The notes under the pieces were generated by a model that saw only the letters and a program-made list of their open reading frames with translations, was not told the DNA's origin and did not search any database. DNA of 43,738 bases, taken from assembly GCA_035461025.1 (NCBI GenBank), contig DATHWA010000350.1, positions 1 to 43,738 on the forward strand, in the 5' to 3' direction. This DNA is from Gillisia sp. (lineage in GTDB: Bacteria > Bacteroidota > Bacteroidia > Flavobacteriales > Flavobacteriaceae). The position numbers were made by a program, and so were the translations under genes. Below, one piece after another: positions 1-7,870 of the stretch (the first letter of the stretch is position 1; each line of letters starts with the position of its first letter).

Positions 1-858
1 AAGGTTTCTCCTGCAGATGTAAAATCCCTTGAAGAGATTCCATTTCTTCCTATCCAGTTCTTTAAAAGCCATCGCATTTTTCCTGCTGAAGGGGAGGTGC
101 AAAAAATATTTACCAGCAGCGGAACCACCGGTACTACTACAAGTAGTCATTTTGTAAAGGATCTTGTCATCTATGAAGAAAGTTTTATAAAGGCATTTCA
201 TCATTTCTATGGAGATTTTGAAGATTATGTAGTACTCGCTTTACTTCCCTCCTACCTGGAACGCGAAGGATCTTCCCTTATCTATATGGTCAATTCCCTT
301 ATTCAAAAAAGCGGGCATCCGCAAAGTGGATTTTATCTGGACAATCTGGAAGATTTAAAGACGAACCTTATTCAGCTGGATAAATCGGGCAGGAAAGTGC
401 TGCTTCTGGGAGTTTCTTTTGCCCTCCTGGACCTTGTAGAAAATTCTTCTTTTCAACTTAAAAACACCATAATTATGGAAACCGGCGGAATGAAAGGCCG
501 GCGCAAGGAAATGATAAGGGAAGAACTGCACGCGCACCTTAAAAAAGGTTTCGGAGTAGAAAATATCCATAGCGAGTACGGAATGACAGAGCTGTTGTCA
601 CAGGCCTATTCCAGCGGGAAAGGGGTTTTTAACTGCCCTCCATGGATGAAAATACTTATAAGGGATCCGGAAGACGCATTATCTTACCACCCAAATGGAA
701 AAACAGGGGGAATAAATGTTATTGATCTTGCCAATTTTAATTCCTGTTCGTTTATCGCCACCCAGGACCTGGGAAAGATTATAGGCGATAATGATATTGA
801 GATCCTTGGCAGATTTGACCATAGTGATATTCGAGGCTGTAACCTTATGGCTGTCTAA
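1..858 (+). CDS. LuxE/PaaK-family acyl-protein synthetase (acyl transferase), 5' truncated by window edge
   Basis: Frame is open from base 1 (KVSPADVKSLEEIPFLPIQFFKSH...), upstream of the ORF-track start at 97. Motifs FTSSGTTG, METGGMKG, SEYGMTEL and C-terminal RGCN. Confidence 0.85.
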   Translation, partial: KVSPADVKSLEEIPFLPIQFFKSHRIFPAEGEVQKIFTSSGTTGTTTSSHFVKDLVIYEESFIKAFHHFYGDFEDYVVLALLPSYLEREGSSLIYMVNSLIQKSGHPQSGFYLDNLEDLKTNLIQLDKSGRKVLLLGVSFALLDLVENSSFQLKNTIIMETGGMKGRRKEMIREELHAHLKKGFGVENIHSEYGMTELLSQAYSSGKGVFNCPPWMKILIRDPEDALSYHPNGKTGGINVIDLANFNSCSFIATQDLGKIIGDNDIEILGRFDHSDIRGCNLMAV

Positions 859-881
859 GAATTACCAGGATCAGGAACTTT

Positions 882-1058
882 CTAGCTCGTGTATAAACCG
901 TGGGAAAGCAAAAACAATGCAAGGAAGATAGAGCAACCCGCACCAACAACTCCCAAAACAGGAAAATTATCAAAAAACATTAAGCCCCAAATGCCGTAGA
1001 TATATGACGAAATAAAAAGGATGAATGTAAGGAACTTTAAAGATCGTCTTGGTTTCAT
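882..1058 (-). CDS. Small hypothetical 2-TM membrane protein (58 aa)
   Basis: Likely ATG at 1058 gives MKPRRSLKFLTFILFISSYIYGIWGLMFFDNFPVLGVVGAGCSIFLALFLLSHGLYTS: basic N-terminus plus two hydrophobic segments. The ORF track uses an upstream GTG at 1094. Confidence 0.55.
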   Translation of the reverse strand: MKPRRSLKFLTFILFISSYIYGIWGLMFFDNFPVLGVVGAGCSIFLALFLLSHGLYTS

Positions 1059-1301
1059 AGCAGCAGGATTGGATAATAAAATTACCAAAACCACAGCTTA
1101 ATGACTCATTTTCAGTTTTATATAATCCTGAAATTAATGTTACGGAATTAACCAGCAGGGGATATTAAAACATTTAGCAGGAAAAATACTGTCTCTAAAT
1201 TGGCATAAAACAGATTTATTCAGCCACTATCGGGAGATAGTAACCTCAAACTCCGCGTCAATTCACAGCTTTAAATTATTTTAAAATTTAACGTTTTGAG
1301 G

Positions 1302-1326
1302 TGTAATGAAAGGATAATCCCACGAC
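1302..1326 (+). promoter_or_regulatory. Putative ECF-sigma promoter (TGTAAT-N15-CGAC)
   Basis: Resembles the general ECF AAC...CGT/CGA architecture and lies immediately before the sRNA candidate. Inference only. Confidence 0.35.
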
Positions 1327-1333
1327 CTAATTA

Positions 1334-1447
1334 ATGTAAACATAATTTTTGGTTAGGTTTTTGTTTACAGCTAAATGAAGTTTTTTCATATTAGATTGGT
1401 TAGTTAGTTGCAAGCCCTTTCAAACGCTAGTTTGGAGGGGTTTTGTA
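1334..1447 (+). ncRNA. Candidate trans-acting sRNA (~110 nt)
   Basis: 5' hairpin TGTAAACA(1335-1342)/TGTTTACA(1362-1369); repeated CATA-N4/5-TTGGTTAG modules; orphan terminator whose G-U pairs form only on the + strand; no + strand CDS feeds it. Confidence 0.55.
1412..1447 (+). terminator. Intrinsic terminator of the sRNA candidate
   Basis: AAGCCCTTTCAAAC-GCTA-GTTTGGAGGGGTTT, 14-bp stem with three G-U pairs and a T-rich tail. Confidence 0.7.
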
Positions 1448-1567
1448 ATTTATACCAATCTCTTCAGTAATAATACAGCTTTAGATTTCAAATTCCTTTT
1501 GACTAAAAAAAAATCATGATAGTATTATTTTCTTTTAAGCATAAATGAAAGAACAGGTTTACCACCC

Positions 1568-1828
1568 CTACTTATTTCCTCCTCCTTTTTTAATATTGGA
1601 ATGGAATTGTTCTTCGCTCCTTCTTTCATTTTTGTTTATCGGTATGTACTGATGAACATGAGTGAGGAGGCACAACACCAAAAATACTGAACCAATAATA
1701 AAGAAGATTTCGTTATACTCCCATAACGAAAGAATTAAGGTTAATGATAGAATAGTTAGCAGGTAAAAGCTTATAAATCCTATAAATAAGAAAAGCCGTA
1801 AATAGGAGAAAAATGAGGGGTTGGCCAT
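1568..1828 (-). CDS. Hypothetical 2-TM membrane protein (86 aa)
   Basis: ATG start, two long hydrophobic stretches and a charged C-terminal tail. Confidence 0.55.
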   Translation of the reverse strand: MANPSFFSYLRLFLFIGFISFYLLTILSLTLILSLWEYNEIFFIIGSVFLVLCLLTHVHQYIPINKNERRSEEQFHSNIKKGGGNK

Positions 1829-1919
1829 AAAACTAACTTAGTTTGACAAGTTAGTCTTAAAAGAATGAAAATAACTATTTATAGAAAATTATAATTCCTG
1901 ATTATCAAAAAGTTAAAGG

Positions 1920-1927
1920 TATATTTG
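1920..1927 (+). promoter_or_regulatory. Bacteroidota sigma70 -7 box TATATTTG with no downstream + strand CDS
   Basis: Exact TAnnTTTG match 15 nt before a strong hairpin with a T7 tail. Confidence 0.45.
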
Positions 1928-1942
1928 ACCATCGGGGCATTG

Positions 1943-1978
1943 AAAGCAGGATGAGTGGGGGCTCATCCTGCTTTTTTT
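1943..1978. terminator. Intrinsic terminator at the tyrS 3' end; T-tract is stronger on the + strand
   Basis: AAAGCAGGATGAG-TGGGGG-CTCATCCTGCTTT perfect 13-bp inverted repeat, T7 on the + strand. Confidence 0.8.
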
Positions 1979-1989
1979 ATTATTATAAA

Positions 1990-3279
1990 TTATACCACTC
2001 TAATGATATAGGTGTTTCTCTTTCCCTTATTCAAAATGATGTATTTATTGTTGATAAGATCTTCCCTTGTGATAGTATAATCTTCCTTAATCTTCTCCTT
2101 ATTTACAGAAATTGAATTTTCCTTTAATGCCCTTCTTGCTTCCCCGTTGGAATTTAAAAAGCCGGTTTTAGCAGAAAGGGCCGCGATCATATCAAGACCT
2201 TCTTCCACATCTCCCATAGAAACTTCAGCCTGTGGCACTCCTTCGAAAACATCCAGGAAAGTAGCTTCATTCAATTGGCGCAGGTCACTGGCAGTGCTTT
2301 TCCCGAAGAGAACTTCAGATGCTTTAACCGCATTATCGTAATCTTCGCGGGAATGGACCATAACGGTAATCTCCTCAGCCAGTTTCTTTTGCAATTGTCT
2401 TAAATGTGGCTCCTGTTTATGAACCTCCACCAACTTTTCCACTTCATTTCTGGAAAGAAAGGTAAAGATCTTGATATACTTTTCTGCATCCTCATCACTT
2501 GCGTTTAACCAATATTGGTAGAACTTGTAGGGAGAGGTAAGGTTAGGATCCAGCCAAACGTTCCCGCTTTCGGTTTTTCCGAATTTGGTCCCGTCTGCTT
2601 TCGTAATTAGAGGGCAGGTAAGGGCAAATCCTTTGCCGCCGCCAATCCTTCTTATTAGTTCGGTACCTGTTGTGATGTTACCCCACTGGTCGCTTCCTCC
2701 CATTTGTAAAGTACAGCCAAATTCCCTGTATAGATGGAGAAAATCATATCCCTGCACCAGTTGATAGGTAAACTCTGTGAACGACATTCCTTCAGAAGCA
2801 TCTGAAGACAACCTCTTCTTTACAGAATCCTTGGACATCATATAATTTACAGTTATGTGTTTGCCCACATCCCTTATAAAGTCAAGAAAGGAGAATTCCT
2901 TCATCCAGTCATAGTTATTCACAAGCACCGCAGCATTGTCCTGATCACCCGTAAAATCCAGGAATTTTGTAAGCTGATTTTTGAGTGAGGCCTGATTATG
3001 TCTTAAGGTATCCTCATCCAATAGGTTACGCTCTGTAGATTTTCCTGAAGGATCTCCAATCATTCCGGTAGCACCGCCTACCAGGACATAAGGCTTATGT
3101 CCACCTAGCTGAAAATGCCTTAACATCATCACGGCTACCAGATGTCCAATATGAAGAGAATCTGCCGTGGGATCTATCCCTACATAGGCCGCTTTCATCC
3201 CTTCCATCAAATGCTCCTCTGTTCCGGGCATTACATCGTGCAACATTCCTCTCCAGGTAATTTCTTCTACAAAATTCAT
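1990..3279 (-). CDS. tyrS: Tyrosine--tRNA ligase
   Basis: [27 protein letters not shown] and a C-terminal S4-like domain. Confidence 0.98.
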   Translation of the reverse strand: MNFVEEITWRGMLHDVMPGTEEHLMEGMKAAYVGIDPTADSLHIGHLVAVMMLRHFQLGGHKPYVLVGGATGMIGDPSGKSTERNLLDEDTLRHNQASLKNQLTKFLDFTGDQDNAAVLVNNYDWMKEFSFLDFIRDVGKHITVNYMMSKDSVKKRLSSDASEGMSFTEFTYQLVQGYDFLHLYREFGCTLQMGGSDQWGNITTGTELIRRIGGGKGFALTCPLITKADGTKFGKTESGNVWLDPNLTSPYKFYQYWLNASDEDAEKYIKIFTFLSRNEVEKLVEVHKQEPHLRQLQKKLAEEITVMVHSREDYDNAVKASEVLFGKSTASDLRQLNEATFLDVFEGVPQAEVSMGDVEEGLDMIAALSAKTGFLNSNGEARRALKENSISVNKEKIKEDYTITREDLINNKYIILNKGKRNTYIIRVV

Positions 3280-3445
3280 ATATCTATAATTCTTTATTTA
3301 TCAATATCCTTCGCCGTCACAAGTTCGGGGAATTTTCAAACAGTTAGTTTTCATAGACTGAAAGAGCCTGCTTGTTTTAGGAAAACAGCGGTAAAGATAC
3401 CAATAACTCTCATTTTTCCTAAGCTGAAATGGCTATATTTACGCT

Positions 3446-4453
3446 ATGATATTAGTTACAGGAGGAACAGGTTTGGTAGGATCTCATCTTCTGCTTGATC
3501 TCACTAAAACCGAAGAAAAAATACGGGCAATATACAGAGAAGGCAGCAGTTTTGATGCAGTAAGAAAAGTCTTCTCTTATAACCTGAAAAATACTGAAGC
3601 CGAAGCTCATTTCAACAGGATTGAATGGGTACAAGCCTCGTTGGATGACATACCTGCTCTCAACACGGCCTTTGCCGGAATCAAAAAGGTTTATCATGCG
3701 GCTGCACTGGTTTCTTTTAACCCCCGGGACACAGCGGAGTTAAGAAAGACCAATATTGAAGGCACCGCCAATATTGTTAATTTATGTATTGCCTTCCACA
3801 TTGAGAAACTTTGCTATATAAGTTCTGTTGCCACTATGGGTTTAACTCTGGGAGAAGAATATGTTACTGAAAATTTCACCTGGCACCCGGAGAAGGACCA
3901 TACAGAATATGCCATTTCCAAACACGGGGCAGAGATCGAAGTTTGGCGTGCCTCCCAGGAAGGTGTGCCGGTGATCATCCTTAACCCGGGCGTTATTCTT
4001 GGAGCAGGATTTTGGGATAAAGGCAGCAGCCTGATATTTAAAAAAATTGATGATGGCCTCAACTATCATTTTCCCAAAGTCACAGGATTTGTTGGGGTGA
4101 AAGATGTTGCTGTGGCGGCAATTATGGCAATGAATTCAGAAATAAAGAATGAACAGTTTATTGTAATTTCAGAAAATCTAAGCTTTAAAAAAGTACTGGA
4201 ACTCGTGGCTGCCTCTCTAAATAAACCTGCCCCTAAAAAGCCATTGCAACCATGGATGGTTTATATAGGCTGGATCTTTCAATCTGTTTCCGCATTGTTT
4301 GGCGGGAAAAAACTCATAAGGAAAGGAGATCACAAGAGCTTGTTTGAGGACACCTATTACTCTAATGAAAAGATAAAAGAAAAGTTGAATTTCAAATTTA
4401 TCCCGGTAAAAGAAGTTATAATGGAGACTGGCTCATATTACAAGAGAAGGTAA
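3446..4453 (+). CDS. NAD-dependent epimerase/dehydratase (extended SDR)
   Basis: MILVTGGTGLVG Rossmann motif, HAAA, YAISK catalytic YxxxK. Confidence 0.9.
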   Translation: MILVTGGTGLVGSHLLLDLTKTEEKIRAIYREGSSFDAVRKVFSYNLKNTEAEAHFNRIEWVQASLDDIPALNTAFAGIKKVYHAAALVSFNPRDTAELRKTNIEGTANIVNLCIAFHIEKLCYISSVATMGLTLGEEYVTENFTWHPEKDHTEYAISKHGAEIEVWRASQEGVPVIILNPGVILGAGFWDKGSSLIFKKIDDGLNYHFPKVTGFVGVKDVAVAAIMAMNSEIKNEQFIVISENLSFKKVLELVAASLNKPAPKKPLQPWMVYIGWIFQSVSALFGGKKLIRKGDHKSLFEDTYYSNEKIKEKLNFKFIPVKEVIMETGSYYKRR

Positions 4454-4461
4454 CTCGCGAT

Positions 4462-5010
4462 TTATTGCAATTGTTCATCAAAATCTATTTCTGTTCCACG
4501 AGGTAAAGTATCTTTCCTATCCTTCCTGAAGATCGACGGATTTACATAAATAGAATCCCCATCCTGTTGTATTTGTAAAACAGAGTCCTTTTCCTGTCGC
4601 AGAGAATCCTTTTCTTGTCGTAAAGAGTCCTTTTCCAGTCGCAGAGAATCCTTTTCTTTTTTCTCTTCCTCTTTAATAACTTCCAATTCCTTTTTTAAAC
4701 TTTCCAGATTGTTTTTCACCCGCGAATATATACGCTCCAGTCTAGATGGATAATTTGCATAATATCTGGTGCTTTGGGCAAGTCTTACACTATCAATCTC
4801 ATGTCTATCATACAAATATTCCATAGGCCTGAGGCCTGTATTTTCCAATTGTCTCCTGTTATAATTTTTGGCAGAATTTAAGAAAGAGAGATCTGATAGA
4901 ACTTCCACCATCTAATTCTCCGGGATAAGATTCTCCGGTTCGCGCACTTCGTCTGCATCACGACAGGCAAAGACAGCAAACAACAAAAGAAGTACCCCGA
5001 GCCTTTTCAT
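4462..5010 (-). pseudogene. DUF4296-like lipoprotein interrupted by an in-frame TAG at codon 33 (4912-4914)
   Basis: ATG at 5010 overlaps the pyrC stop (TAATG). It reads MKRLGVLLLLFAVFAC-RDADEVREPENLIPEN*MVEVLSDL... and the same frame continues to 4462. Confidence 0.7.
4573..4656. repeat. Intragenic tandem repeat, 4 x 21 nt (EKDSLRL/EKDSLRQ/EKDSLRQ/EKDSVLQ)
   Basis: Units ttgtaaaacagagtccttttc, ctgtcgcagagaatccttttc, ttgtcgtaaagagtccttttc, cagtcgcagagaatccttttc. Confidence 0.9.
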
Positions 5011-6356
5011 TACTTCCTGTCAAAGGTTAACTGTTCTGCTACCGGAGAAAATGGCAATACCTTAAAATTATTGTATACCAGTCTTCCATTCACGAATGTA
5101 TGTGTGACCCTGGATTTAAAGGTTACCCCGTCAAAAGGGGACCATCCGCATTTATAAAGAATATTGTTTGGTTGTACAGCCCAGGGGGCGTTAAGATCTA
5201 CAAGAACAAGATCTGCCTTATAGCCCGCACGTATAAATCCGCGTTTTTCAATTTGAAATAAAATGGCAGGATTATGACACATTTTTTCAACGATCTTTTC
5301 CAGGGTGATTTTCTCCTGGTGGTAAAGCTGTAGCATCGCAGGCAAAGCATGTTGCACCAATGGACCTCCACTTGGAGCCTTGGTATAAACATTTTTCTTC
5401 TCCTCCCTGGTATGTGGCGCGTGATCTGTTGCCACTACATCAATTCGGTTATCAATAAGACCCTGTAAGAGGGCCTCCTGATCTTTTTTTGTCTTAATGG
5501 CCGGATTCCACTTAATAAAAGTTCCCTTTTTTCCGTAATCCTGGTCATTGAACCAAAGATGGTGAACGCACACCTCTGCCGTGATCTTCTTATCTTTTAA
5601 AGGTTTTTTATTATCAAAAAGTGAAAGTTCCTTTGCAGTAGAAAGATGAAACACATGCAACCTTGCGCCTGTCTTTTTAGCCAGCGCTACAGCACGGGAA
5701 GACGATAAATAACAAGCTTCTTCACTTCTAATTTTTGGATGATTTTCAATTGGGATATCCTCCCCGTATTTCTCAAGCTGTTCTTCAAAATTCTTTTTAA
5801 TAGTGGCTTCATCTTCACAATGCACCGCAATAAGAAGTGGTGATTTTGTAAAGATTTCTTCCAAAACTTTTGGATCATCTACAAGCATGTTGCCGGTAGA
5901 AGAGCCTAAAAATAATTTTATAGCTGCTGTGGTCTTAGGATCTACTTTTAATATTTCCTGCAAATTATCATTTGTGCCACCAAACATGAAAGAATAATTA
6001 GCGTAAGATGTTTTCCTGGCTATCTCAAATTTCTCGTCAAGTTTCTCTATTGTTGTGGTTTGCGGCTGGGTGTTTGGCATTTCAATAAAGGAGGTAATTC
6101 CTCCCGCTATTGCCGCCATTGAACCGGTTTCAATCGTCTCTTTATGAGTAAGACCGGGTTCCCGGAAGTGTACCTGGTCATCTATAATACCCGGCAACAG
6201 GTAATTCCCTTCTGCATCTATAATACTCACATCCGGTGATTTGGCACTTATGCTGTCTGCAATTTCAGCAATTATACCATTTTCAATAAAAACATCTCCT
6301 TCTATGATCGTTCCCTCATTAACGATGCGTGCATTCTTGATTAAAACCTTCTTCAT
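5010..6356 (-). CDS. pyrC: Dihydroorotase (multifunctional-complex type)
   Basis: PGIIDDQVHFREPG, EMPNT, VHCE, KWNPAIK, ATDHAPH amidohydrolase motifs. Confidence 0.9.
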   Translation of the reverse strand: MKKVLIKNARIVNEGTIIEGDVFIENGIIAEIADSISAKSPDVSIIDAEGNYLLPGIIDDQVHFREPGLTHKETIETGSMAAIAGGITSFIEMPNTQPQTTTIEKLDEKFEIARKTSYANYSFMFGGTNDNLQEILKVDPKTTAAIKLFLGSSTGNMLVDDPKVLEEIFTKSPLLIAVHCEDEATIKKNFEEQLEKYGEDIPIENHPKIRSEEACYLSSSRAVALAKKTGARLHVFHLSTAKELSLFDNKKPLKDKKITAEVCVHHLWFNDQDYGKKGTFIKWNPAIKTKKDQEALLQGLIDNRIDVVATDHAPHTREEKKNVYTKAPSGGPLVQHALPAMLQLYHQEKITLEKIVEKMCHNPAILFQIEKRGFIRAGYKADLVLVDLNAPWAVQPNNILYKCGWSPFDGVTFKSRVTHTFVNGRLVYNNFKVLPFSPVAEQLTFDRK

Positions 6357-7087
6357 TACGTTGACATCTTATTAAAAAGACTTTTAATTTTCATATTAAT
6401 TACCCCAAAGACAGCTTCAGAAATTATTCCGCTGCTCATTTTGGAAGTTCCTTTAGTCCTGTCTGTAAAGATCACAGGAACTTCCTTTATTTTAAATTTC
6501 AGCAAATACGCCTTAAATTTCATTTCTATCTGGAAGGCATAACCCACGAACTTGATCTTATCCAAATTGATCTTCTCCAATACACGCCGTTTATAACATA
6601 CAAATCCGGCTGTAGTGTCGTGTATATCCATTCCCGTGATAAGTCGTACATATTTTGAAGCCAGCCAGGACATAAGCACCCTGCTCATTGGCCAGTTTAT
6701 AACGTTTACCCCTGTCTTGTATCTTGAACCTATCGCAACATCTGCGCCTTTTCTTGCACAGGCATTATACAGGCGTATAAGATCATTTGGATTATGGGAA
6801 AAATCTGCATCCATTTCAAAAATATACTCATAATCCCTGGCCAGAGCCCAGTGAAAACCGTGAATATAAGCGGTTCCCAATCCCTGCTTCCCGGTACGTT
6901 CTTCCAAAAACAATGCCCCAAAAAATTCAGTTTGCAGGGTTTTAACCTTGAGTGCAGTTTGGTCCGGGGAATTATCATCTACCACCAAAATATGAAATTT
7001 GCGTTGGAGGGAAAAAATATTCCGTATTAAACGCTCAATATTCTCAATTTCATTGTAAGTGGGTATTATAATAATCCCATTTGACAT
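6356..7087 (-). CDS. Polyprenol monophosphomannose synthase (GT2, DPM1-like)
   Basis: IIPTYNE, VDDNSPD, EMDADFSH, GSRY. Start taken at ATG 7087, downstream of a TACATTTG box (7110-7103). Confidence 0.9.
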   Translation of the reverse strand: MSNGIIIIPTYNEIENIERLIRNIFSLQRKFHILVVDDNSPDQTALKVKTLQTEFFGALFLEERTGKQGLGTAYIHGFHWALARDYEYIFEMDADFSHNPNDLIRLYNACARKGADVAIGSRYKTGVNVINWPMSRVLMSWLASKYVRLITGMDIHDTTAGFVCYKRRVLEKINLDKIKFVGYAFQIEMKFKAYLLKFKIKEVPVIFTDRTKGTSKMSSGIISEAVFGVINMKIKSLFNKMST

Positions 7088-7190
7088 GCCTGAATTTTTG
7101 CACAAATGTAACTATTTTGATGTTTACAGCTTCAAAATAACTTTCAAGTTTTAACCCTATAAATTATACCTTTGCACAAAAGAATAATAT

Positions 7191-7850
7191 TTGGAAGCCC
7201 TCGAAAGATATAGCACTTCAAATGATTTGCCTACCATAATAATAGTCCTCATCCTGTTATTACTGGTATTGGGCAGACAACTATTTCAAAACCGCTTTGA
7301 AGACTTTTTTTCCATTTTCACTTCCGGTAAATTTTTGATAATTAAGAACAGGGAGCATAAAGCCCTTTTTGGTTTTAATGTTATAATGTTTTTCGCCCAT
7401 ATCCTCATCATAACTTTATTTCTTTTTGTTCTGTACAGGATCTTTGTTTCCCCGGTGTTACATGAGCCCTGGATAATACTCTTAAGGATTTTTACGGCTT
7501 ATGGATTTTTTGCATTACTTAAAATTACCCTGGAAAAGATAATTGCTAACGTTTTTGATATTGATGACACTGCAGAACATTATCTGTTCCAAAAACACAC
7601 CTACAGAAATTTCATTTCTTTTTTATTTTTTCCGGTTGTGATCTTCCTGATTTACTCGCAACCGGCTTCCAGAGCAGCAATCATTACGGTAATAATATTT
7701 TTCCTTATTGCCACCTTATATTCATTCTTTAGAATTACGAAAAAAAATGCGGGTTGGATCACGCGTAATTGGTTCTATTTTATTTTGTACCTTTGCGCAC
7801 TCGAAATTACCCCTTATGTTATTTTGTATAAGCTAATTACAATAAGCTAA
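7191..7850 (+). CDS. DUF4271-like multi-TM membrane protein
   Basis: TTG start after TACCTTTG (7167-7174), about 6 TM segments, C-terminal YFILYLCALEI motif, located upstream of hemD. Confidence 0.75.
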   Translation: MEALERYSTSNDLPTIIIVLILLLLVLGRQLFQNRFEDFFSIFTSGKFLIIKNREHKALFGFNVIMFFAHILIITLFLFVLYRIFVSPVLHEPWIILLRIFTAYGFFALLKITLEKIIANVFDIDDTAEHYLFQKHTYRNFISFLFFPVVIFLIYSQPASRAAIITVIIFFLIATLYSFFRITKKNAGWITRNWFYFILYLCALEITPYVILYKLITIS

Positions 7851-7870
7851 GGTTTTAAATGTGATAATAT

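Noticed and set aside
1-858. Bioluminescence (lux) locus
   Set aside because: Only a LuxE-like gene is visible, with no luxAB/C/D in the window. Orphan LuxE-like acyl transferases are common in Flavobacteriaceae.
1169-1179. 11-mer AACATTTAGCA repeated at 8761-8771, both in intergenic DNA
   Set aside because: Short, AT-rich, non-palindromic and only two copies; consistent with chance.
1200-1216. TTGGCATAAAACAGATT as a sigma-54 promoter (also TTGGCATAG on the minus strand near 24103-24111)
   Set aside because: The -24 element is present but there is no TTGC/GC at -12.
1327-1389. Minus-strand 20-codon ORF MKKLHLAVNKNLTKNYVYIN with a good-looking start context
   Set aside because: No minus-strand promoter is evident, and the adjacent hairpin's G-U pairs and T tail favour + strand transcription. 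Better explained as the antisense image of the sRNA seed. Kept only as an alternative.
4912-4914. Genome-wide TAG recoding or pyrrolysine
   Set aside because: Several conserved genes in the window end in TAG at the expected length, and no pyl genes or suppressor tRNA are visible.
6160-6190. Dihydroorotase metal site reads DDQVH rather than DxHxH, suggesting an inactive enzyme
   Set aside because: As I recall, Gln at this position is a subfamily feature of Bacteroidota/cyanobacterial DHOases; the other catalytic motifs are intact.
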